Below, piece after piece: positions 10,004-20,456 of a stretch of 64,000 nt of DNA; positions within the stretch are counted from its first letter, which is position 1; each line of letters begins with the position of its first letter. The position numbers were made by a program, and so were the translations under genes. A model generated the notes under the pieces. It was not told the DNA's origin. It worked only from the letters and a program-made list of their open reading frames with translations, and did no database searches. This DNA is from Vitrella brassicaformis CCMP3155 (Eukaryota > Protista > Chromerida). The stretch is from contig CDMY01000383.1 in NCBI GenBank assembly GCA_001179505.1, positions 1 through 64,000 of the forward strand, in the 5' to 3' direction.

Positions 10004-10024
10004 TTCGTTGTCTACATTTTATAT
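10004..10024 (+). repeat. 21-nt motif copy 4 (TTCGTTGTCTACATTTTATAT)
   Basis: Read directly. Confidence 0.8.
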
Positions 10025-10259
10025 CTTCGTCGATTCTTTGAGGAAGCTCCAATGAACGCCATGTTGCAGCTTCGCCGCGTGTCAGCTCTCCCACGACACC
10101 AACCTTTCTCTCTGTACTTCTGTCAATAATGATGGTGCCCTCAACTCTGGATGATGTGCCTCACATTCATCCATCCAAGTAAGACAGGCACATAGACAGC
10201 AGACGAGACAGACAAAGATGTCGCTTGCTCTTGTTGTTTGCTTGCCTGTCGTCCTCAGC

Positions 10260-11316
10260 CGTGACGCGTCAGCTGCTGGAGATCCTCCCTTGTCGGGCCG
10301 CGACGTGGGTCTCGCCCGCACTGCACGTGTCGAGAACGAGATGTTCGGCGCAGAAGAGGAAATACGTCAGCCAACGACCCACACTACACCGAGCGCCGCA
10401 CGCTACGCCAGCCGAGGCGCTACCTGGTGTGGTGCGGATCACTCCATCTCATCGCCGGCACAGACACACACACACAAGGTGAGCCTGCCAGCCAGTCGGT
10501 TATTGACACACAGAGACAGTCAGGCGAATGCGATGTACACAGACAGCCAGATGAACTCACATGCCTCTGTCTGTCTGCCTGTCTGTCTGTGTCTGTGTGT
10601 GTCCAGGCGTTGCACGCTGCGTCAGCCGAGGCCCTTGTGTGTATGTACCACCTCATTTTGGCGTCACCGAGAGGGGCAGCCCTCCAATTCATCGCCCGCT
10701 GCGGTGACGGCCGAGTGGTCACCATCGTCCTCGCCAGTAGACACCGGCAGACGACAACACGCCCAAGCCCCACGCCAGCAAGCCGCCCAAACGTATCCGC
10801 AAGGGCCGCGGCCTCTCATCCACCCCCATCGCCCATCGGCGCCGAGGACGAAGGCCGACCAAGAGACACACAGACGAACACATGAGACGAGACCGAGGCC
10901 GCACGCCACACGCCCACCACACAGATGCCGCCCATCAGACCACCACCACCACCACCACCAGCGGCAGCGGCACATCAGGCCAAGCCGACGGTCAACTGTC
11001 GACTTGCCCCTCCCCAGCCCAAGCTGCCGACCATCATCAGGCAGCACCCCCAAGCCCCACCTCACCTGCCAGGTCTCACGGAGGGCCTCAGATGGTCCAG
11101 GAAAGGCAGCTGGACAGTGCCGATGGGCCCCCAGCAGGCGCTGCAGGTGGAATCGTGTTGGGTCCTGGAGTGCAGAGGGTAGCAGCGGGTGTCTGGCGCC
11201 ACGAGAAGTGGCTGTTCGTGCACCCGTCCCTTCTTGAGGCGGCGGGGATGCCTTTGATGAGGCCGTGGGTGCGGCTGATCGACGAGGAGGAGATAGAAGA
11301 TATGATGGACGAGTGA
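10260..11316 (+). pseudogene. Hypothetical gene remnant
   Basis: Exon-like blocks after AG acceptors (ALHAASAEALVCMYHLILASPRG..; ..WRHEKWLFVHPSLLEAAGMPLMRPWVRLIDEEEIEDMMDE*). Frames do not join cleanly. Confidence 0.3.
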
Positions 11317-11897
11317 GGGCGGGGCGGACGGACGGATGGAGACAGGGATAGAAGTGGATGATTGGTGGGTGGAGGATGTAATGGAGCTACCGTAGCTTAG
11401 CTTGGATTGGATGGCGGAGGGAAGGGGGCTGCCTGAGTGAGCAGAGGCTCGACTGTCGGTTGTGAACGCATCCGTCCCTGTACAATAGTGATGAGGGCCA
11501 GCAGATGGGCCTTGTAGACGGACAGGAGGGGGAGTCGCATGACCATGTGCATGACCAGCGTGTAGAACCTGTTGGAACAGGAGAGTGGGTGAGGGGACAC
11601 ACACACAAACGGGGAGGAAGGAGAAGGGACGCCTGGGTGATATCTGTACCTGACCGATCATTGTGCTGTTTTCTGTGTGTTGGTCTCGATCGTCAGGTGG
11701 TTTGTTGTTTGAGAGATGGCAGACGGCGGGTCAGCAACAGCCAAGCAGCCCCACTCTACCATCAGCAGCTGCTGGCTTCGAGGGAGCAACATGGTTCGCT
11801 CCAACGACATCACCCCGCAGCGAGAGACAGGTACATGCGGCGCAGATGGAGATACAAACGGGCAACCGAATGCTGTATGTCCGTGTCAGCTCTCGCG

Positions 11898-11917
11898 ATC
11901 GGTGCCTACATTTATAT
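11898..11917 (+). repeat. 21-nt motif copy 5 (ATCGGTGCCTACA-TTTATAT, 1-nt deletion)
   Basis: Read directly. Confidence 0.75.
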
Positions 11918-12076
11918 TTGTCGGCATGTTTTCCGCATGTTTTCCCCATGTCTCCGCACACACCATCGAGGACCGCCAAAACATGGTACGCCCTGCCTGT
12001 CCGAGGGGGTGAGTGAGCAACCAACCACATCACCTCCATGTCAATCTCTCTGTGTGGGGGTATGCATGTGTGCAGG

Positions 12077-12943
12077 GCGTATTGGCCAACGCCATCAGGT
12101 ACCTGCAGAAGGCGACGAGGGCGGGGCTCAGCGGGCGACTGAGGGCGGAAGCGGAGGCCATTAAGGGAGCGACGGGAGAGGGCGGTCTCTCAGTCACCCC
12201 TGAGCTGGTTGCCCATGGCCTCGTCCACGGCGATGCACAGCAGTCAGTCGCCATCATTGACGGGGCCTGGCAGGCCTACCGCGACAGAGGGTACGAGGGT
12301 GTGAGGCCCTACGTGACCGAGGGCTACGTGATCATGTCGCAATATCTAGGTATGCATTGCATTGCATATGACGGAGAGAGCATCAAGGAAGGGACGCAAC
12401 GCACACGTGTCTGTGTATCTGTCCGCCTTGGTTGTGCCCCCACCCCACCTGTTCAGCTTTCTGAGTGAGAGCGATCGCGTGGCCTTGGAACAGCAGCAGC
12501 CACCCGCCGTACCGCCGTCGCCGCCACCCGAGGGCGCATCGGCTTTGCCAGCGGCTCACGAGGCGCCTGCCTCTGCACCAGCGGCCGACGATGGCGAGGT
12601 CGATGAGCGGTGCAAGCGGCATCAGCAGGAGGCCGAAGAGTACGAGAGGGTCATGGATGAGCTAATGGCCGACTCGGAGTACGCCGACTTCCTCCCCGAC
12701 TGGCTGAAGTTCCTGCCTTCCCTGCGTGCAGAGAAGCCGGTGGAGCCCGAGAGCGGCGACGAGGGGCAGGAGAGGCAGCAGATAGAGAGGCAGCCAACGC
12801 CGGCGGAGATGTGGGACGGAGCCGTCACCCTCCGAGACGTCTTCCGCATCCGAGCCGGCATGCTGCACGCCCTGTCCCTGCCCACCGCCACCAGACGTCG
12901 GCTGCAGCGGATCAGCCAGACCTTACCGACACCGGGCGAGTAG
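12077..12943 (+). CDS. Hypothetical protein fragment (two exons)
   Basis: GVLANAIRYLQKATRAG..VIMSQYLG, then an intron, then an acidic/Pro-rich exon ending ..ISQTLPTPGE*. No family recognised. Confidence 0.35.
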
Positions 12944-13425
12944 CGAAGCGATGGAAGGTACGCAAGCACGGCCACTGATAGAGCAGGGGTCAGTCAGAGA
13001 GCCGGGCGTGGCTTGCAGGTGATCACAATGGCGTTTCCTCATCCGCGATGAGCGGCAACAGGGCGGATCAGATTCAGCCATCGAGCGGTGTGTGGCCTTG
13101 CTGGCGGCCAGGGCTGAGGAGCAGGGCCAGCAAGGAGGCATCGCCGGCTGCGTCGTTGACCTCGTCGTCTGCAGCACCAGCAATCCATTGCATCAGTCTG
13201 CGGCAGCGTCATTCCTCGAGCGGCTCATCCAGGCCGCGTACCCCGTTGGCGTGGGATGGTTGCTGCTGTTCGGTGTTTCGGTGGGCGCGGTGGTTGAGGG
13301 CCTGACACTATCAGACCAGCTGTTCCATGCAGCAGCTGAAGTGATGCTCAACGTCAAAGCCACAGGTAGCTGGTCATGGGATGGACGGCAAAGGTCTCGT
13401 ATCTGTGTGTTGTGTACCGTTCAGC

Positions 13426-14140
13426 GACGGATCCGAAGGCATTTCCGGAGTATGTGCTGAGCCGCCACGTCAATTCGCTCCTTGAGACTCTCGTAGCCAG
13501 CAGCGATATGCTGATCGTATCGAGCGTCTGCAGCTGCCTCCCGACGCGTACCGGCGGCTCGTCGTCTCTGTGCTGTCATCGCTGGCTGCCATCCATGGGG
13601 CGGGGTGGATACATCGCGACGCCAACCCCCAGAATATCATGGTCGTGTGCCACGCCGCTCGCCTTGGCAGCCAGTGGATTAACTTTGAGATGGCGACGCG
13701 TCGGTCGGAGACAGAGCAGCCGCTTCCCTCCCTGCCGTCGACGCCAGGTGAAGTCGACATCGCCTCAGTGCCGGCCCCGCACGCCGATCCTGCTGCCCTC
13801 AGAAAGGTCGCAGACACCACCGAGGCCGTCATCAGCCGCACCGCCACCCGCAGCAGCAGCACGCTCCGCCTGCCATTCAGCGCGGAGGCAGACACCTACT
13901 CCGTCTGCTCACTGTCGGCTGCCCTGCTGATCGCCCCTCATATGGACCACCCCGACGGCAGCGACGCCAACACAGCGATCTACGAGGAGGCGGGGGCGTT
14001 TTTTGTCGACCTCTACGACAGACACTTCGTCGCTCAGGTGGCGAGGGAGACAAAGGCCATGGAGACGGCGACGCGTGGAGCGGACAGCGCCCTCGCGTTC
14101 CTGCAGGCGCTCTCTGGGGCGCTCCCTGTCAGGTCTCAGG
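13426..14140 (+). pseudogene. Divergent protein kinase C-lobe fragment
   Basis: EYVLSRHVNSLLETL, a frameshift at ~13490-13505, then LSSLAAIHGAGWIHRDANPQNIM (HRD at 13612-13620) and WINFEM (DFG position, 13681). Runs into motif copy 6. Confidence 0.65.
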
Positions 14141-14161
14141 ATCGTTGCCTACATTTTATAT
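14141..14161 (+). repeat. 21-nt motif copy 6 (ATCGTTGCCTACATTTTATAT)
   Basis: Read directly. Identical to copy 1. Confidence 0.9.
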
Positions 14162-15237
14162 CTGTCGGCCTATTTTCCTCGTGGCTCCGCATCCACCATC
14201 GAGAAGGTAGAAGGCACACGTCGAGTGGGTTCCGAGGGGGTATCTTTGCTGTGTGCGACTGCAGGCTCGGGATGATGGCAATGCTCTCATCCGCACATCA
14301 GCCAGGTATGCCCTACCTGATGCATGAGGGGTTCGACGGACCTCCAACAGTCCTCCAACTACATCCATCCATCCATCATCTGCACTTCGAGCTGTCTGTG
14401 CGGCCAACCACGAGCGGGAGGACCACCTGGCGGCGGCGCGAGAGTCAGGCGGCGTCAGGGCATCCTGCTCCTTCGCAGCGACATGATGAGGCCTGCGAGG
14501 GTCCCCCAGGCGTCCTCTCTCCTCTGCATCGGTACACACAAGGTAGGTGTGCATGTAGAGAAGCCAGAAATACGCATGCCCTTCTTCATCTGTGTTTGTG
14601 TGTGCCTATCTCTTCTAGGGCAAGAGAAACGCAGCGGCAAAGTCGGACCTGCTCGTGGCGCCAGTGTCCTGGCTCCGCTGATCCACCAACACACCCTCGT
14701 TGGCTCAGCAGTCCTTGTTTGCACTGATACTTTGCTCTTTCTTCGTCAACAGGAATCCGTTCGCCAGCACTCGTCATGTTATCTGCATCAGCATCGGCCG
14801 TCAAGGGAGAAAGCCTCCGTCATGACAATTCCAGCCTGCTGGTGGGCGAAAGAGCTCTGTGGTCGATTGATGATGTCACCGCTGCCAACTTCTTCCTTTT
14901 GCCGACCTACCCCGGCCCACACGTCTGGCGTGACGAGAGCGGCAGACTGCACGAGCCGCCTGGCGCCGGGACAGACACGGCCGAGGAGCCAATCTGAAGC
15001 CCAAGATACCACCAAACGAGGCCTCGTTTGGGGGTGGGGGAGAGGGTGTTCCTGAGGAGTGCGAGACGGCTGGCTATTTGCCTCATAGAGAAGCTGGTGC
15101 GTGAGATGGATGCTGAGGTGATAGTGGCGACCGGCGCGCGAAGCGGTGAGTGAGCTATCCAGCGATCGGGGAGGAACAGCAATATACAGGGGGGTATCAT
15201 TGTCTGTGTCTGTGTGGCGTCGGTTGATGCGTGCCCA

Positions 15238-15360
15238 GCGTGACGCGGCAGGGCAGCCAGTGGATTGACTTTGAGATGGCATCGCTCAAAATGGCTGACG
15301 ATTTGCGTACGTATCCATCTCGTGCGCAGGACCGTTTGCGGCGACTCGAAACAAGTGGTT
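15238..15360 (+). pseudogene. Second kinase subdomain VII fragment (QGSQWIDFEMA)
   Basis: ggcagccagtggattgactttgagatggc matches ggcagccagtggattaactttgagatggc at ~13667-13695 except for one base. An in-frame stop follows at ~15359. Confidence 0.55.
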
Positions 15361-15786
15361 GAAAAGGATGTCGAGCAACATGCGATGAAGCCGTATCTGA
15401 TATTATCAGAGAGCAGGCTGCTTTCGTTCTGCAAGAGTGCCTGAGGCGCCCGGGAACGGACAAAATCACGAAGGCACAAGCGCGGGCGATAGGTAGGCAG
15501 CCAGTCGACAGGTCATTATGGATCTCTAATGGTGGTGGTAGTTGTGTGAGCGGGTGGCGCGGTGCAGGGGCATAGGGGCATTGCTGGTGTTCGAGGAGGT
15601 CCCGAATGCCGCTCATGTTGCCAACGTCATTAGCACAGCTTTGCGGCAGGTCCCGTCATCTGCTCAGGCTGCTGCTGCGGCGGGTGTGACTGGCCGAGAA
15701 AGAGATACGCACGCAGACGCGACATGTAATGATGCTCACTTGTGTGTTTGGGCCTGTGTCTCTTGTATGAGCAGGATGGTCGACCT

Positions 15787-15807
15787 ATCGCTGCCTGCAT
15801 TTTATAT
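15787..15807 (+). repeat. 21-nt motif copy 7 (ATCGCTGCCTGCATTTTATAT)
   Basis: Read directly. Confidence 0.85.
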
Positions 15808-16003
15808 TTCCAGGCTATTGCTCTCCTTGGAATGCCTTTCGACCCTTCGACCCTTCTGGTTGTACGGAGACACTCAATGGAGACACTCGCACTTAAGCGG
15901 AGGCTGGAGGAAAGACACAGGTATGCAGCCACAGGAATGTACGACAGCATTTCCCACCCGCCTCATCTCTGTCCCTTGCTTGCTTGCTTGCTATGTGTTG
16001 CAG

Positions 16004-17189
16004 GGCCGCTTGCTGGCTGAGGCGGAGGTCACGAGGCTGCAGGAAGAGGCAGCTACAAGACCTGACGCGCGAGGTGAAGGCGTCGCGGCGCATGTACGGT
16101 TACTCCCACCCCCTAGCGGACCACTGTCAGCAGAATGACATGCTGCGGTCCGCTGGCGGTGTCAGGCCGCCGCCAAACCCACCGACCACACGCCCTCCGA
16201 AGCCCTCTGCCGAAACAACCCCGCACCCGCCGCTACCCACACCGTCAGCCATCCCTAAGCTGCCGCTCCTTCGACCTTCGATGCCCAACGCCGCAACACC
16301 TCTCAGCGGCAGCGACGAGGCAGGGCAGCTGAACGGCGTGATGTCGATGCACCACGGGGGTGCAATGGGGGCGATGGGCGGGCAGTTCCGTCCTCTGGCG
16401 AGTGCATTGCCGCCTCTGACTGGGCACTATGCCATGCCGCCCATGATGCAGCAGTACCGGCCTGTGCAGCGCTTCAACCCCGCCCGAGCCGGATTCCAAG
16501 CAGCAGGGCAGGACCCCAAGGCCAACAGTGGGCCGCCAGTGCCCTTCTGGGGCATGGCAGGAGGGGTGGGTGACCAGCCGGCACGACAGGCAGCGGCAGG
16601 CAGCCCACGGATGCTTCCCAACCTGCTCCCGCCCCCCGCTGTGCACATCACGCCCTTGGGTGCCTACGCTGCCGTCCCCCATCAGCACCATCAGCATCAG
16701 TGTCATCCTGCGGCACACGGCGGGGCGATCGGCTCTGTCGCTGTGCCGTTTGGCCACCAGGGCAGCCCCCTGTTCCGCCCGTCCAACCGCCCCGCGCAGG
16801 AGCAAGCTGAAATGTCGGCCTTGGTCGCGTCTAAGGGCAGCCTCATCCCACACGACTATGGCGTCGCTGAAGGTAGTGCGGCACCCGGCCCCCGCGACAC
16901 AAGTCACCATCAGATCAACAACAAGTCAGCATCGCCGCAGATGCGTCACCAGCAGCAGATGGCCGTGCCGATACCGTCATGCGGGGGCGCGGGCCTCCAG
17001 CCGATGGCGCACAAGGGCTCGCCGCCACCAGCTGCCACTGCATCTGCAAAGGAGCCTTCGAAGCACGGCCACGCTCTTCAGCAGCACCAGTACCACCAGC
17101 AGGCAATGGCGGGGCCCTCTGCCGCCAACAACCTGACGCCACACGAGCATCATGGCCATTGGGCGAGGAGTAAGGAGAGAGGATGCTGA
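16004..17189 (+). CDS. Low-complexity P/Q/A/G/H/M-rich terminal exon of a hypothetical protein
   Basis: About 395 open codons after a tgttgcag acceptor, with coding-like codon use. No domain recognised. Confidence 0.5.
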
Positions 17190-17286
17190 TGGTGGGATGC
17201 GTTGGGTCCATGCACTATAGTGGATACATTTCATGCATTTGGGTGGGTTGCGTCCACGTGGATTGGTGTTCGGTACCTTCATGACG

Positions 17287-17307
17287 ATCGTTGCCTGCAT
17301 TTTATAT
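17287..17307 (+). repeat. 21-nt motif copy 8 (ATCGTTGCCTGCATTTTATAT)
   Basis: Read directly. Last copy seen in the window. Confidence 0.85.
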
Positions 17308-17800
17308 TGGTCGTCAGTGAGCAGAGACACACTGTGACCGACCGACCAACTGTTTCTGAATCAATCTCTGTAATGGTGTCACTGGTGTGTTCATGCGTCT
17401 GGCAGATGATCATCCATCTCGGCCATTGGCACCCCTGTCCACGCCTTCCCTCAGGAATTAATGCAAGACTTTGATACGCTGCTCTAGCCCGTTCCCAGAC
17501 CCCTCTTTCGTGCCGAACGTCTGAACAATTCAAGAAGGTGTGTCCACTGAACGTGGCCGCAGCATCGCCTTATCCTGTCAAGGTACACGGATGCATCACC
17601 AGAGATGGAATCTATGCACACAAGCTCATGTTTCCTGTGCAGGTGGTGCCGCACGACGAGCTCTCTGCAGATGGACTCTTCATCTGGTAGAACGTAACCA
17701 GCATGGTGAGCAAAATACCTTACCACTTCCTCATCGCATCTGGTCATGATGCTGCCTTTATGCTGCCCCGTGTTGTGTGCCACCCTTGGTCTGTGTGCAG

Positions 17801-19850
17801 GAGCCACCTATCAACGGCAATCACTATCGCCTCGTTAGCAGGAGCGGCCGACAGCCAAACAACGACGGACCGGTGAGTCTGGAGATGGCCATCCATTCGT
17901 CCAATGGCATGTGTTGTGTGGGTCAGGCTCAGGATCGCATCGCGCGTGAGACCCTGCTGTCCATCTACCGCTGCATACCCCCCTGGACCATCACCCGCAT
18001 CGCACCCGACAAGCGCATCCTCTCCGCCGCGCCGCCCCTCTACAGCCACTTTGACATCGACTGCTCCGACCTAGCGACGCGTCGTGTGTGGGAGAGGGTG
18101 CCCAGCAGACGGGCGCGGAAGTGGGGCGCCATGGCGAGAAACCTGAAGCAGGTGACGGTGCGGTACCCACGTGGATACCATTTTGGCGCCGGTGACGAGT
18201 GGTGCGAGTGTGCCTGGGCGTCGCTGATCGAGGCGCATGCGACTGCGCGCGAGGCCAACAACGAGAAGCCCGACAAGGCCAAGGGGGGCGGCGCGCAGCC
18301 ACCGGCCGGGGACCAGCAGGGAGGGTCCCTCCACACCATCACATTCGAGCCTGTCGATCTGTCAGACGAGGAGTTCCGTGCCCTCAACTGGCAGCAGCGC
18401 CGATCCCTGATGTCCCGCCTCCCGAAGACCGTCATCCTCTCCGGCCTCAAGACCATCAGAGGCCTCGGGCGTCCGCAGTGCACGCTGATAGACGAGCGGC
18501 AGTGGTCCATGCCGTCGCTGGAGCATGTGGAGGGCTACGCGTGTGGGGACTTCATCGGCACATCCAGCAGCCTGACGCATCTTGAGGTGCGGCCTATCAG
18601 GGGGCTCCTTGACGTGCCGGGGCGTATGTCGCCGCCGGTAGTGGGGCAGCGAGGGAACCTGGAGGGGCTGCAGAAGATCGGAGTGATTCAGCCGTTTAGA
18701 GAGCTGGAAATGGATCTGGACAGATTGAAGGTAGGATATGAGGGAGGGACTGTCTGCTTCCCCACTGGATTTGTCTTGTCCTTGTCTTGTCGCCCCTCAG
18801 GAGGCGTTGGCTCGTCACAAGATTCGCCGCATCAGGGACATCAAGGCTGATGCGCCTGATGTGTTTGGCACCGGCATTCTCGTGACCTCCGAGCTGCTGC
18901 GCCTCGCGCGGACCCTCGCCGACTTCAAGCAGTCCCTCGCACCAGCCACCCTCACCCGTACGGCCTTCACCAGCGTACCCGAGATAGTGCTGGTCTCCCG
19001 CAACTGGAACAAGACATTGAAGCTCGACTTCCCCCTCCCCCCGCCCTCCGCCCCCCTTCCATCTCTGTTTTCCAACGCGATGAAGTACTTCGCCAGCAGG
19101 GCTAAGACTGTCATCTGGGACACCGACCCCGCCCCCATCGAGCCCAGCGAACCCGACAACCGCATTGAGCTCGAGAAGGAGCTCATGGCCGACCTGATGT
19201 TCAACAAGGCCACCACAGTGGACGTCCGGGGCGGCGGGTTTGCCGCCGCCCTGGGTGCCGTCTCGCCCGATACGTTCCCCGCCGTCACGCATCTGGACAT
19301 TCGTGGGGGCTGGGACACTGCTGCGAGCACCCTGGCAGCCAAGATGCCGCGTTTGCGTTTAGTGGAAATGACGGGCAGTGGCGCGGGGGGAGCGATGGCG
19401 TTCTTGCGGTCGATGGGCCGCGAGAGGAGGCTGCCCAGGGTGGTCATCATGGGGGTACCGCCTGTGACCTGGCTGGGGTGGGGGGACCAGAGGGATGACC
19501 TACCAGAGATAGAGGAGCTGAAAGTGACCACAGGCGGTGAGTGAATATGGCGAAAACACTCACCCATCTCCACACAGCACAGAACAAAGATGCCGATTGA
19601 TCTGTCCTGCTCTGCAGGTTTCGGTCCTCCTTCCGAAGATTCTGCCATCCGCGCCGTGGAGTCGCTGCTGCAGCTGCGGGTTTCGCGAGAGGTGCGCATC
19701 GTTGTCCAGTGCACCACTTCTCAGGAGGTCACCCTGCAGGCGCTTAATGGCCGCTTCCCCGGTGGCAGCGGTGAGGCCAACGGGTTCAGCGTCACATGGG
19801 AAGCCACCCGCTACGATATCATGGTCGTCGCCCGACGCATCGACACGTAG
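17801..19850 (+). CDS. Lineage-expanded F-box-like/LRR-like hypothetical protein (Vitrella-type family); start uncertain
   Basis: Spliced frame stays open over 4 exons (introns ~17874-17926, 18731-18800, ~19538-19618). Motifs VWERVPSRRARKWGAMARNLKQVTVRYP, WCECAWASLIEAH and GSLHTITFE resemble the large chromerid family as I recall it. Confidence 0.65.
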
Positions 19851-20456
19851 AACACACACAAGGTCAGACTGTTGATGCCACAGCAGGCAGGACGGTGGCA
19901 GCATTGCGTCGTGTGTGTGTGTGTGGACCAGGTGTCATTTGGACAACTTGTTGGTTTGAGAACAGGAATAGAGGGAGGAATAGAGGGAGGGAGGGAGGGA
20001 GGGAGGGAGGGAGAGGGGGGCGGGGCTATCTATCGTACCTGCCCGTGTGAGTGCTCCTCGAAAGATAGCTGGCTGGCTGACTGTGTGTACAATGAATGCC
20101 TCCGTGTTGTGTACAGACATACGTACGTCACTGACTGACTGACTGACGATTCATTCAATAAGGAGCGACACATGTAATCCAAGCATCCATGTCAGTCTCC
20201 GATTCGTCCGTTGACTGCCATCAGTACATACGTCATAGCATGCACATACATACCCATGTGCAGTGCACCTCTCTCTCTGCAGCTGCGATAGGCCTACACA
20301 CATGTAATGGCACACACCTCTCACTCTATACTGCCTTGTACACACTCGTCCAGCCAGCTACCCCTCAGAGATCGACCAACGGCCACAGAAAAACCGCACT
20401 ACTCAGGGAGGAAAACTGCAGGAGGCACCGTCCGTGCGGCCAGAGACATAAGATCG

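Noticed and set aside
2460-17307. 21-nt repeats as a CRISPR array or integron attC sites
   Set aside because: Spacing is irregular and kilobase-scale, the context is eukaryotic with introns, there are no cas or integrase genes, and the motif has no palindromic attC structure.
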